64,000 nt of DNA from Paragordius varius (taxonomy: Eukaryota; Animalia; Nematomorpha). Below are positions 1-13,356 of this stretch, in pieces. The DNA is taken from contig OZ176056.1 of NCBI GenBank assembly GCA_964247055.1, positions 4,898,001 to 4,962,000 of the forward strand, written 5' to 3'. The notes beneath the pieces are model-generated. The model was given only the letters and a program-made list of their open reading frames with translations, had not been told where the DNA came from and ran no database searches. The position numbers and the translations under genes are program-made. Every line of letters begins with the position of its first letter. Position 1 is the first letter of the stretch.

Positions 1-2899
1 GTAAAAAGAAGATTACAGTTGGGAAGAGGCTAAAAGGCTGTTTGTTTATTAAAGAAGACATGGCATAATCAATAAACCTAAAGTTTTTATAAAGAAAATG
101 CTTTAGTGGGCTCATTTTAGGCACATTACCGCATAGTGTGATAATGTGTTAATATAATTTACAAAAATTTAGTATAAACAACGCTTTGCTCTTGAATGTA
201 TTTTTAACCAGAAGAAACAGTCACCACATATTCAACGTCAATAAATTATCTCATTATAAAATACGTTTAATTCTCTATTAATATTATATGCTTTAGGACC
301 GAACTTTTCCATAATACATCGAATACGAAAAACCCAAATTATATAACAATTTTACGCCAAAAATTACTCCATCTTCTTAAAATTGATATTTCCTGTATAG
401 AACAATATTATTTTAGATATAATGAACTATCTTAAAATATATTCGAATAACTATAATCTTGTTATACTATTATTACACTGAAATATCAAATAACATAATT
501 AATAAAATAGTCAAATTTCATAGACGAAGGGCTATAAAACTCGCATAATTGCTTAGAGTTCAAAAGCTATAAAATCAATTAGGTATTGTATTAATGAAAA
601 ACACTAAAAAATAATTTGTCGTGCAATATTTATTTATATTTCATTTAAGGTATATTACCTGTCCAATGTTATTTTCACAAATTTTTCTTATTGTACACAT
701 AACGTATAATTTTGGCTTTTTGGCAAAAATATCATTGAAAGCTAAAATTATCTCTCAAAAAACCTTAAAAAAACATTTAGTTATTAGATAAAGATGTATT
801 TATTGCAATAAAATTTTTTTTGAAAAAAAGAATATAAAAAAGATAATAATATGCGCAGCGCATCTTTCATTAATTATTATTTATTGCTTTTTTTTAGTTT
901 TTTGTGTTTCAACTCTTTTTGAATTCTAATTTTATTTATTTTATGATATGATATGTTATGATATATTTTAATTTTTGTTATGAAATTTATATTCAAATAA
1001 ATATAAAAAATTATAACATAAATATAAAAAATTTAAAGTTTGAAAATGTGCTTTTGCGCATACATGCTTACGTTCAAAATTTTATGACCATGCAGCAATT
1101 TAGATCTCAAAAGTAATAAATATATTTTTGTATATAAATTTAGCCATAAAGTACTTACTAAGTTTAAAGAAATGAAATGCGAATATAAAATATTGAATAT
1201 TAATTTTTTGCCTTTTAAATGCTGCAAAAAATCATAAAATTTTATTATATATTTTATTATATATTATTATTATTATTAATAATTTGTGTAAGCTTGTAGA
1301 TAAAATGATTAAATAAAATTTTGTGGTTTTCTCTGCAAAAATGTTAGGGTGTAAATTTACCTAAACAATCTTGTTATCAAGCTTATATTTGTTTTATAAA
1401 ATTTTTTAATTTAAACTAAATATAATATTGAAAATATAATGAAATGTAATTATTTGTAATTGGCCTCTCAATATAATTCCAATTCGCCATATACAGGTAT
1501 CAATTTATAGTATCATTTCAAATAATATATATCAAAACATATTTTTGGGGGATAAAGGGTTAAAATCAAAATAATTAAATTAAATACAAAATATACTACA
1601 TTAATTTATAATAAAATTTTGCTTCATAATTTATATATGTTAGGGTGTAATTAAAGTATCAATATGCGACATGTGACCAAACTCACTAATCAAATAAAAA
1701 CATGAATGACATTATGTGTTGAATATATTTTATTCAATCTCTTTTTAGGCCGTGAAAAAATTGATTATTTTCAAACATTATTTTATATCCCTCAAAATTA
1801 TAATGAAATGTTATGAGTGTCATATATGCCCCTCCTAAACCATTAGGGGTAAAAAGGTTCATTATAATAATAATATATATGTAAGTGGCTGACTCATTGC
1901 ATTAATTGATAAAATATATATTTGATCTAGAATCCAACAAATTTACAAAGGGTATTCTACTTGTGTAATCAATTTAGGAGATAATTTTTGTGTTATAAAT
2001 CCCAGATCTCAAATTTTAAGAATATAAAATATTTAAAAGTATTTTGACGGCAATATAATTATCAATCAATAAACTTTTATATTAGATAAAAAAAAGTTTT
2101 AGATGGTACCAATTTAAACAAACAGCTAATTTAAAAAAATCTAAATTATGAATTTATAATCAAACCAAAATATTTTTATCATTATTAGTTAACACATTAT
2201 TACATTTTTTTACGCGGTGACATTTGGTAGTTTTAAATCCCACACCTTAATCTTAAATATTAAAATACTGTTTAAAGTTACTGACAAAGGGTAGTTTCAA
2301 ATCTTAGAGCTTATCTTATTTATAATACTCCTTAAAGTTATTTAATAATTATATTTTCTGTATTAGATAAAATAATTTATAATTATTGTTTTTAACTTTC
2401 AGAGTGTAAAATCAGGACAACTCCAAAACTTCACTAACTAAAGAGCTGATTTTAGTAAATATCAATTAAAGCTGGTAAAATAAAACCTGTAAGGTTTTTA
2501 TATTCATATTTTCTAACCATATAAATTTATTATACTGTTGCAATAACGATTAAATAAATTTAGAAGAAAGGGCAGCTGAAAAATTAGGGATGAGGATTTT
2601 GAATTTTACAATAATTTTTTTAAGCATCCGCCTAAAAAAGCTATAAAGCAGGCCTTGTTTTTAAGCTATTCAATTAGAAAATCTCTCTAAAATATAAAAC
2701 TTACAAAAGGAGATGAAGTTTTAAAGCAACAAAAACATTTTGGAATAAAAAGTATAGGATGCGGATTATTTTTAAAAAATTTTTTGGTATGCGTTTAAAA
2801 GGTTATAAAATGCATATATAATGCCAATACATTTTTAATGTGTTTTTATTTGTGGTCAAAAACTAACCAGAGGGTATTTAAGCTCATTATCCAACATTT

Positions 2900-3940
2900 T
2901 ATAAATATAACATTTTCCACAAAAAAATGTTAGAGGAAAATGTATTAAGTTTATTTATGTTTTTGGTTTTGCCCCTTAGCGTGATTTAGGAAGTTGTTAA
3001 CACTTTTGTGGTAGGTGTTGCATATCATAAAATATTTGCGCACATTTTATTCAACAAATTTGTTCAAGAAAGCTAAGAGCTTTACTCCAAATAACATAGC
3101 TATGACATAATAAAATTTTACTTTTTAGATGTGAGCTGTGAAAGTGCCATTTTTTTCGCTCTTCTAGGATGAGGAATTTTTTTAAATAAATGCAAAAAGG
3201 CAATTTCGATATCAACTAAATATATTTTTTAAGAATGCATACTTATTAAGAAACTTAATTTAGGAAAATTTTGTTGAGGCTTACCTAATACCGTTAAATA
3301 TTATAAAAACACTTGTTATAAAATTTGATGCTGAAAATTTCGATCCACTTTTTAATTTAAATGTTTTTCGCATTGGTTTTTTATATCAATTTATTTTTTA
3401 ACATATGAAGACTAACGATATATTAATCAAAATTCCTAGGTGATAAAAATGGTCAGCATCATCAAATTATATAGAAAAAGTGTAATATTAAAGCGTTCAC
3501 CGTTTCCATCACACAAAATAGCATTAAGAAAAACCAAAAAAAAAATCGTTATTAATTAAATATATGAAAAAGTGTGCATTTCTACTTAATTTCTTTATTT
3601 GATGGCAAAATTGATTATCAATATTGTTATTGCGCAATCATGGCATTTTTGCGTTTATTATAGGAATCTAGCCTATTTTAAAACGGCGAAAAAATTGGGT
3701 CATTTGGAGCCCACATCTAAAAGTTAAAATTTTATAAAAATTTTGTTCTTTTTATATGTAGTTTTATATTTTACTGATATTTTTAAGATAAAACAAATAG
3801 CTTTCTCGAAAAAAATTTTTATTTAATCCATTTTCTGGTATGAAGCAATCACTAAATTGAAAATAACTTTCTTTAAAGCGCCATGACATCCTTATACATT
3901 TTTCTATCAGAATATATATATTTCATCATAATATTTATTA
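2900..3940. mobile_element. Old palindromic (foldback/MITE-like) element, diverged copy of the 36950-38160 family
   Basis: Shares motifs in the same order with 36950-38160: AAAATTTTGTTGA(A/G)GC, CAGCATCATCAAA.TATATAGAAA, CGTTTCCATCA, TGGCATTTTTGCGT, CCCACATCTAAAA, ACATTTTTCTATCAGA. The left and right halves are imperfect reverse complements. Boundaries are approximate. Confidence 0.5.
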
Positions 3941-4869
3941 TCCTACCCCTATTTAATTCAATGCATCTAAAAAACAGCTTGACGAGAGATTTTTATTGTG
4001 ATACTAATTATAAAATTTCATGGTTTTTTGGTTTTGGGTTACGAACAGCTTAAGAAGATATTTTCACTAATTTATTGTTCAGATTGAAAATTGCTAAATT
4101 ACCGCACTGTAGATAAAATAACTTTTTTGGTGAAACTTAATGATTCCAAAAAATCTTTTATATTATAAACATTAAACATATTTTCAAATGAGCGCTCTAA
4201 AAGTTCCATATTTTCAGGTGGAATTGTCTTGAAATAAATGCATAAAAGCCATTTTCAATTTTCAAATATAAAAATTTCTTAGTTGGCTATGAAGTTTACT
4301 TTATGAGAAGCATGTGTTTATAAAACCACTTATATGATAAAGCATATGTTTATAATATGAATTTTATTTGTCTTATTTTACACAAATTTTTTTGAATTTT
4401 GAGGCAAGGAATCAGAAAATTCTGTAATTTAATTTTACATCGATTTATATATAAAATAATTTCTTTAAGTGTTAAACCGTTTTCAACAAGCTTCAATATA
4501 TTATAAGGTAAAATTCAGCGAAATTTCACTAAATATTATTTTTAGCAAAGTAGGCTTGTTGAAAAAATCGGATGTTTCTACCCACATGGGTTTACGCACC
4601 AAATGTACAAAACAACAAAATGAGGCATGAGAAAAGATTTGCCACAATTTTTATAGAATACAAAAATAGGTTATGCATATAGCTAATTATCATGAAACGG
4701 TAGTAATATCAAGTAAATAAGGATCACCTATAACTTTTCTTCCTACTTAGACAATACGCATTGGCTTACGACAGAGATTTAGGGGCTGAAATATGTCATT
4801 CTCAATGTTGTCGTCAATTATCAGCATGTTAACCAGATTATTATTTTTGTGGGTGGCTAATATATTATT

Positions 4870-7800
4870 TAATTGTCTCATGATTTGATTAATATGAGCA
4901 TTTCCAACTTTCTTATGCCCTGATTTTACATGTTGGAGGAAACATTTGATGTCTTTTAAATCGCCATTCTGAGCACAATTTATTATTCACCATCATCCCT
5001 TCGTTTTTTCGGGGTGTCTAGATTCTTTTGATAGTGATGCAAGTAAGAGCCATGTCTGGCACTCTCTGAACATATGTTGAAACGAGATTACATTGGTGGC
5101 GGAATAGATTGCGTTTAAATAAGCCCATAGTTTAAAGTTGAAAGCCTTGTGAGGTGCAATGGGATATTTTGCACAAGTTATTGGGTATCCTTCCAGCTTG
5201 TCTACCATATTCCTAGGATTTTCAATAACACATTTGATTTTAATGATATGAAACAGTTTTTAAAGTAGGACGCGTCACTAATCATGATTTTAGGACCAAA
5301 TCTACCCAATATTATTTTGAGCTTGTTTCAAATGTTCCTGGAATTTACCCTTTTTGTCATCAACCCTTCTAACTATTTCGATAAATTATCAACAATGAAT
5401 AACCTAGTAATCATCCACCAGACCAGGAATGTCAATTCCATACTTAAATATATTCCATTGCTATGTCGAGTTCGGACATTAATCACCTTATCGGCATATC
5501 GCACTTAGTATTGACTTTGACTACCTCTATAGTTTAAGCCGGGGCTTCTTAAACCTTTGTAAATGACGACCCCATTTATGATTGCAAGTTTAACGACCCC
5601 AACAAATATAAAAAAAAATAAATTAATACTTTTCGATGATATATTTATTAGGTTACAATATACATATGCATATGAAAATATATAATTTTAGAATTCGTTT
5701 TGAAACATATAACATTAAAATTCGCACAAAATGTTATAGAAATGTCATTAGAGTTTCAAAAATAAAAATGAATTCTGACCGTTTAAATCTCTCAAATATA
5801 TCCAAGTAATTGCGTGGTATATTAAATTAAAGTTTACGTTAAAAATTAATGAGATGGAAATGCCACTAAATCAAATCTTTGTGTAATGTTTGAAACTGCT
5901 AGACTTAAGACCTCTTCAACATTTTTTGTGAACGATAGGGATTTAATGTGTGTTGAAAGAAAGTTTCACATAAATATGTGGTGTTGAATGACAGAAGTAC
6001 ATTAAAGCCCATATCGGCGATTGTGAAAAACTTTCCGATCCAGAATATAGTGGGCATTTTTTAGAATTGTAGTGTAAGTTTTAATCACATTGTTGATGAT
6101 AGTTATCAGAATTATTTTAGTTTTAAGCGATTGTCAAAAATTACATTTTTTTGAATATATCTAACATCTTCCGATTCATAGTAAATTTTTACAGATATTT
6201 TAATGATCAGAATAGAAATGCTGGTATAAACAGTCTTCCCGAAGAAGATTTTATGATCTATTTATCTACGATGATTGTTATTATTAATTTTACAAGTTAA
6301 AAAGCATTTTTTGTTGAATTGTATTTTTATTACTCGCGACCCATATTTTAACAAGCCTTGGTTTAAGCCAAAAACATGCTATCCTTGCCACTATTAAGCC
6401 ACTGTGTAAATACCATCCCACACTACTTTGCAAAACTTTGGATATAATAATTCGGTCATTTAAACTTCCTAGCCAATATTTGTATGCAGCTTCGTTTCGA
6501 TATGCAAAATCTAGTGCTGTTGCCAGGCAGGGGCATTATCAATCTTTGCAACAAAAAAATCCTTGTTTGTTCCTACCTTTTAAATTTTTACTAATTATAT
6601 ATCGTAGGAAGAAAGTGCTTTCGTACCGCGTAAATAGCGTCAAATATTTCATCCTCTTCTTCAATTGACATACAAAAGGGTAAATATCGTGCAGCCTGTT
6701 TGATCTCTTTCGAAACCATACTCATTTTTGCGTTATTCCATCGTAAAACTTTAGCACTATGATCCTTATTTTCCGTTTCTATTAAGCTTAACAACAGTCA
6801 GTCTATATAAATAAATCAAGCTTCCTACCATAAACATATTTTTGCAACTTTAACAGCATTAAAACTAAAGTTGTAACTCTTTTTCTATTGTTAAAAAACT
6901 TTCAGCAACAACACACTTTTAATCCCCTAAGCGATTCGCTTCCTTTACAATAATGCATTCAAATCCTAGATCTGAGACATTGGTCCCAATAACCAACTAT
7001 AAATGGGGTAAGGCGTAAAATCTGTTCAATTGGCAATTCTTTTTAAATGCTTTTTAATCCAATCTCATATCACATTTTTTCTTGTTAACTCCTGTAATTC
7101 ACCCACTATCTATCGTTGCTTTAAAACCTTTCATTAATAATCTCTTATCAAAACGTCATAAATTTTAATATTTACACGGACTCCTTTAGTAAATATTTTA
7201 AATTCAATTTAACCTATAAATCGCCTATATTTATTTCATCGTCCCTTAACTTATAGACGGCCTTTTTACGTACTTAAATTTCTTACGTGCTTTGGCTCAT
7301 ACATACCAACCAAGACATCATCTTACGCAAGTTTCCGGGCAATTCTCAAGTATTGGCTCTAGCTAGCTGAATTCGCCCGGATGCCAACCACGTACTATTG
7401 ATTCTTGGGTGTTGAAATAATCAGCATGTGTTGCATTTCGCATATTTCATCTTTAAATAAGCGTATTTTAAATTTATCTTTGAGATCTATCCTTCTCCAA
7501 TATTTGCTCTCAAATCGTTCGATGAAATAAAGTGTTAATTTAACTACAACCATCTATAGTTACTCTAAAGTTCCTGCGCATTCCGATCGCTCTATTGATC
7601 TAAGCACATTAACAGTTGGAGTGGCCAATGTTAAAGGGCTTAGGGTTCGAGTCGACGGGTTCATTTTTTAATAACCTACCATTTTTTTCCACATTTTCTC
7701 TGCAAGAAGTATACGACCGAGCCATATTAGAGGCATTAGGTATAATATTAACGGGATTAGCATAAAAGCGTAATTGTTGATTGATGTTTAGAAAATCTTG

Positions 7801-8350
7801 TTGAACTTTTTAACTAATAGGCTGTGGAATTCCGCTGTTTCCAGCGCAGCTTAATCTAAAGATTTCATTCATCTTCCGTTCTTTTCTTTTAAAACACAGC
7901 ATCGCGCCCAAGTTTTGAACCTTACAGTTATTATTCCCGATAGCGATCCAATACTTTTTTAAGGCTCTCATAGGCGGTGGGCCATTGTTGGGTTTAGCCA
8001 ATAGTCCTTGTGTGTCATAATTGATCGCACTTACCTCTGCTCTGGTGTCAGAAATGTTCTTTCATGGTCGTACCGAGAATCTGTCAAATATTTACAGACT
8101 TGGCTTACTTTTTAATCTACGCTCCTTGCTAGTAAAAGTTTAAATTCTATCCGCGATCTTTAGAATTTCGGCAAAATACTTAAACTTATCGAATAAGTTT
8201 TTAGCTTTGTTTCTTTAATGTGAGCCCATGTCGCGTCCTTATTTTTTATAGGCATTCATTGATTTTCTGCAAGATCATTAGCCCAAAAGGAATGTTTTTA
8301 GACTTTCTCTCCGAATATCTTTGACTTTCACCTATTTGTTTTACTTAATG
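4870..8350 (-). mobile_element. Degenerate Ty3/Gypsy LTR retrotransposon internal region (gag/protease, RNase H, integrase; RT mostly missing)
   Basis: Minus-strand remnants with stops and frameshifts. Protease ATIDSG* at 7119-7102. RNase H EKE...KLQKYVYGRK at ~6890-6820. Post-RNase H ETENKDHSAKVLRW. Integrase Zn region DRIIISKVLQSSVGWYLHSG..ARIACFW at ~6460-6370. Integrase core LFIVDNLSK*LEG...LKIILGRFGPKIMISDASYF at ~5400-5260. C-terminal HINQIMR at ~4890. Outer limits are uncertain and no LTR pair was found. Confidence 0.8.
5540..6360 (-). mobile_element. Non-autonomous hAT (Buster/Charlie-like) DNA transposon, internal-deletion derivative
   Basis: Perfect 8-bp TSD GTTTAAGC (5532-5539 and 6361-6368). 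Imperfect TIRs CGGGGCTTCTTAAAC vs CAAGGCTTGTTAAAA (11/15). A minus-strand remnant, FW..IADMGFNVLLSFNTTYLCETF...VLSLAVSNIT (~6050-5880), resembles the hAT C-terminal dimerisation domain. Confidence 0.88.
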
Positions 8351-8804
8351 CTTAGTAGTCAACTTGGAGTTGTAAGTTTATTGTCTAGTCATTTATATAG
8401 CAAGTGACATATAATAAATAGATTTTTCATGTTAGATATGAAGGTTGCATGATACATAGCAATGTTGTTAGATCATTTCCGCCATACGCTTTTTTGCATA
8501 CCATTGTAAAAAAAATATCACAAACACAGCGTGCAAATAATTTAATAACATAGTTTAGAATCACATTACGCCAAAGTTTTTGTACTTTCGACCGCTAATT
8601 TTTAAATTGAGTGATTGTCCAAAAAGTAGAAATTATGGGTTATCAAAAAATCCTGAACTTTGACAAATAAGATTTTTGTTAGAATTATAATTTATTTGAA
8701 TAATTTGATGCATAATGAGTTTGTTTAATTCAGAAATGAAGAAAGACCTTTTGGAAATGAGAAATAATATTAATTACATTGGTTCAAAAATTTTTGCTAA
8801 AATA

Positions 8805-9926
8805 CCAAGTGTATTCATAAATTTTTATCGGAGTTTTAGTAGTAATTTTGAAAAAAATTACTTTAAAATATTATCGATCGGCTTCTCAACATTTATCTTG
8901 GTGTATATAAATGTATGCTAGAAACGATTATCTGATGCATAAAACCAATAGTCAAACTATTTTCATCTTCTTAGAAATTATAGACGTACTCTGCGGGTGT
9001 GCCCCATTAATGCGAAGGTATATTGTTTATATGGCGCCAGGTCAGGGGAGTTTAGCGGATGAAGAATTTCCCATCTAACATTTTAAGATGTTTTTTAGTG
9101 GTTTTGTGTAAAAGACGAAGCAGTGTCAGGCGACAAATCACTTTTCCATGTTTTCTGACTGATACCAATTATTTTCAAACAATGCCGTTAAATAGGTATT
9201 TGTTAGTGATTGGGTTGGGTAAAAATAGTTTCTGGACCTCAAAAGTTCATACCGCTTTGGTGCCACCAAACACAAAGTATCATCTTGACGAAGCGATTTG
9301 GTATTTGAGTTGATGGACCGACTTGGCAAGGTGAAATACGATTTTTCTGCTTTGGATTTACAAAATAAAGCCATTTCTCATCACCTCACTGTAACAGGGA
9401 AGTAGGATTTCACTAGTCACTTTGCAATTTTATTGATTTGATGTTTATTCACTCGTGTCGAACCCATTTACCGAGTTTATTGTTCCCATTGCTAGTAGAC
9501 ATCTAGTGATTGTTTTTTGTGACACAGGCATCCTTCTGCCAATTGTCGGTGTTTCAGTTGGATCATCATCCAACCTTTGTATCGCCTTTGCAGTGCCGTC
9601 TACCAGGGTGCTCACACTTTTTCACATGAAATCATAACTTATAATATTCCAAACCATGTTTTATTAATCCATAGATCATGTTCATCATATGTTTCTAAAA
9701 CACATGATAACTTTCAACACCCCTTTTCTTCTGATGGGAATGCGTGCGGCAAATATACTTCGACATGATAACAAAATAATAAAAGTAAGGCAATAGTTTA
9801 TGATGAACTCACCTAGGTTGTTTAATGTTAGATGAAAAACGGGATATATAAAATTATTCGCCTGAGAACTTTTCGCTGGCGTCTCCTCTAAGTTTGACCG
9901 GTAAGAAATATTATGAATACACCTGA
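8805..9926 (-). mobile_element. Mos1-like (mauritiana-type) mariner, full ends, transposase pseudogenised
   Basis: TA flanks at 8803-04 and 9927-28. TIRs CCAAGTGTATTCATAA-ATTTTTATCGG and TCAGGTGTATTCATAATATTTCTTACCGG. Frameshifted transposase from ATG at 9766 with remnants GKWVRHE (WVPHEL motif), TLCL...YELL and LNSPDLAPY..FALMGH (YSPDLAP motif, ~9053-9000). 1122 bp, shorter than an intact ~1.3-kb mariner. Confidence 0.9.
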
Positions 9927-10427
9927 TAACTCTGAAATATCTATCGTCGAAATAACGGTTTAATTTCTATAAAAATTTTATTTTAATTTTAATAATTTTG
10001 TCATATTATATATGACTGCTTAGTCTTTGTGATTTGTGCTATTATTGATGTAACTATCATAAATAATTTGTATAAGCCCCAATATTAAAACTTTGTAATT
10101 CCTGAAGGTTAAAAATAATTTCGGGTTTTGCATAATTTTTAATGATGAAAGCAAAACAATATTTAGGATATTTTGTTTTTTTGAAGGCATAAAGGTTCTA
10201 CATCTATGAGATCTGTAAAAGCGGCTTGGTCCTATTAAGCACAGATAATAATTTAGTAAATGTCATTTATGATTGAAAAATGTATCCGGCTCATCAAGGG
10301 GCTTTTGATTTTTGATCTAACGAGGGATTTAAAAAAGATATTTCGACCTTTGCAGCACTTGCTTCATAAAATCGCATAATTTTCGTATTAAGCTAAATCT
10401 TCATTACAAAGAAAATCATTAAAATAT

Positions 10428-11952
10428 GTAATCTATATATTTATAAAAATGGAAAATGCTGGCTTTGTGATCTGTTTCCGGAAAACCGGTAGACGCATTT
10501 AAATCCAAATGTCGAAAAGATATAATCATTAATGAATGCCCCGACAATAGCTTCGCCTTTTTTAGAATTAGGCCCCCAGTTAGGGTCCACCCTGTGTAAA
10601 AAACGGGTTTTTTTCGAAAACAAAAGTCCACAAAAATCGTGTCTTTGAGACAATTTTCCGGAGAACGTGTTGGACCATTCAATTTTTAAATATGATTGTT
10701 TACTTATTTTCGATAGCGCCGAACATAGTCGTCTCGCTTTTTTAATTTAGGCCCTCTTTTTACCCGCTCCGCCCGTAAAAGACCATTTTTTCAAAAAACA
10801 AAGTCCACAAAAATAATTTTTTAAATCTATTTTTCGCCCTAGGTATGAGAGCGTAAAAATTTAATAAGGATTCTACGTATTCCCTGTTAAAGGGCAAAAT
10901 TTTTAGTCAAGCATTTCTTTGATGATAGCTGCTGAGTAAGGAGCTACCCGCGAAAAACTGACCCGTCATATTAAAATAGCGTGCTTTTGGGGGCTAAATT
11001 TCAGAAAACCTATCAGGTCATATGAGTTCAATAGTTGCTTAATATTACCTGTTAAAAGTCAAAAATTTAAGTAGAGCGGATTTTTTGAATTAGCCGTTAA
11101 ATAGGCCCTTTACTCCCTAAAAAATGCGCTATCATTGAATTATTATTTAGTTTTGAGGCCATTCTTCCATAAACCATATGAACGATGATTCCAGGTATAA
11201 AGGCAATTTTTTTATCTAACTTCATTTTTATATTGGCCGCATGTAGGGGGCTACCCGCCTACAACTGCGCCATCATATCGATACAGCATGTCTTTGGAGC
11301 CAAATTTCAAACTTATGAGACTACGTGAATCATTTTAATCCTGCCGCATAACAAAATTGCTTATAAATTCAAAAATATATTATGCTCATTTCAAAAAAAA
11401 TTGTCTATCTCAATATTCAAACGAGACAATCAAATGATCATTGATTTTAAACATAAAATATTAGTTTATTGTTTTATTATTTATTTATATATCATATGTA
11501 TAGGATGTTAACAAATATATGAATAATAAAACATTATTTATGGTAATCTATATCTATATAAAATGGAAAATGCTGGCTTTTAATCTGTTTCCGGAAAACC
11601 GGTAGACGCATTCAAATCCAAATGTCGAAATTATATAATCATTAATGAATGCCCCGACAATAGCTTCGCCTTTTTTTGAATTAGGCCCCCAGTTCGGGCC
11701 GACCCCGTGTAAAAACGAGTTTTTTTGAAAACAGAAGTCCACAAAAATCGTGTCTTTGAGACAATTTTCCGGAGAACGTGTTGGACCATTCAATTTCAAA
11801 TATGATTTTTGCTTACTTTTTATCGATTGCGCCGAACATAGTTGGTCCGATTTTTAATTTAGGCCATCTTTTTACCCGCTACCCCCGTAAACACTTTTTT
11901 TCAAAAAAACAAAATCCACAAAAATAATTTTTTGAAATTATTTTCCCCCCAA
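10428..11952. repeat. Degenerate direct repeat: two ~410-bp copies (10428-10842, 11543-11952), each with internal ~180-bp sub-duplication
   Basis: The copies align end to end (GTAATCTATAT...GGAAAATGCTGGCTTT...TTTCCGGAAAACCGGTAGACGCA...CCACAAAAATAATTTTTT), roughly 85-90% identical by eye. The near-identical ORF-track peptides 10419..10682 and 11554..11799 reflect this duplication. Confidence 0.85.
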
Positions 11953-12328
11953 GTAAACAATATATTAGTATGAATGCACCGTTTTAAAATTCCTATGAGA
12001 TCATAGCTTTTAAATAATGTTCGAAATCATCCACATAGGTGGATCATTTATTATCCCTTTTTTCAAATAGCCCCCCCTCCCAGAAGTTCGAAGGACTTCC
12101 TCGGGCTGCGAAGCATTTTATGTTATCAAAAATATTTTAATTAATAAATTCGACGCTATTTAACCCCTCAAAATTTTTAAAATATATGTTTACCCTACAA
12201 CTAAAATGGATTTTTTGGTTAATATAAAATGTGTTTTTCATAAAATATTTTAACCGACATGTCGGAGTGAAGACACGTTTTTTATTGAATCATATGGTAG
12301 AAATGTTTCTAATATGTCGCATGCTCCA

Positions 12329-12367
12329 AAATACCGTGAAATACCGTAAAATACCGTAAAATACCTT
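12329..12367. repeat. Short 10-bp tandem repeat (AAATACCGT[G/A]) x ~4
   Basis: AAATACCGTG AAATACCGTA AAATACCGTA AAATACCT seen directly. Confidence 0.8.
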
Positions 12368-13322
12368 CAACAAATTTTCCTAAAAATTAAATGAAATGCT
12401 TTTTTTTTCAAAAATAATTCTATTTCACAACCTAGCTTTGTCATATATTATAAAGTTTTATCGCGCAATCTAAGCCTTTTTGTCATTTTAAGATAACTAC
12501 CCATTTTAGGAAGGGCTAAAAATTTGAGACTCACCGAGTGTCTAAAAATCAAATTAGAAAAATTTTGTTTTGTTTTTCAAAAATAGTTATGGTTTTTTAA
12601 AATGATATTTATTTTCACCAAAAAAAATTATTTAGCACAATGGGCGCAAGTTTTACGATTTTACTATATGGAGCAATTTCTAAAAGTTGCTCATAACAAT
12701 CACGAGGTAAGTAAGGCCCAAAACTATAAGCATCATCACCTGATGCACTCTACCAGAAAAAATATTTCAGCGTCACTCCATTTTTTTTGGATTGTGGCAG
12801 CTCGTCAGTTTCTTTAACCAAAACTTAAATTACAAAAGTTAGCCTCATAAATGCCACATTAGTATAACATATATCAAGGAAACTTGCCCTTTTGTCATAA
12901 TGAAAAAAAGGTACCCTATATTGTGATTCTGATCTGTCCGAATTAAATATGTAACATAATATTTGAAATTTATTTTTATATTATAAAAACAGGAGATTAA
13001 TTGTAAGAAAAGTGGCGAAAAATTATTTTTGAAAAGCCTATAGCAACAATTAATCTCTAACCAATGTACATCTTTTTAATTGGTAGTTATTAATTAATTT
13101 AAAAAATTTGAATAAATATAATAAATATAATAATATTTTACAATTTGATTTAAATGTTTTCCTTTTGTCTCTTCAAATATGTTCAATAATAATTCTCATC
13201 GAGGTATAATAATGATTCTAAAAATAAAATAAATTAATTTGGCTACGAATTTTTTTATCAATTTCCATTATTATTTTTTAATATATTTTTTTGTCTTAGG
13301 GTCATGCTTAATTGTCATATAT

Positions 13323-13356
<34 letters not shown>

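Noticed and set aside
7617-7665. tRNA/B-box-like GGTTCGAGTC motif
   Set aside because: It lies inside the Gypsy remnant, has no convincing A-box or cloverleaf, and is probably chance.
4600-8480. LTR pair, PBS and PPT for the Gypsy remnant
   Set aside because: A purine tract (minus AAGTAGGAAGAAAAG, 4748-4734) could be a PPT. The sequence after it does not match the candidate 5' LTR region at 8340-8480, and no TG...CA ends or TSD were found.
12602-12817. ORF with a strong donor GAG|GTAAGT at 12707 as an upstream spalt coding exon
   Set aside because: Splicing to the 24593 acceptor meets stops in all frames before the spalt ORF, and there is no homology. It could only be a non-coding exon, which cannot be tested here.
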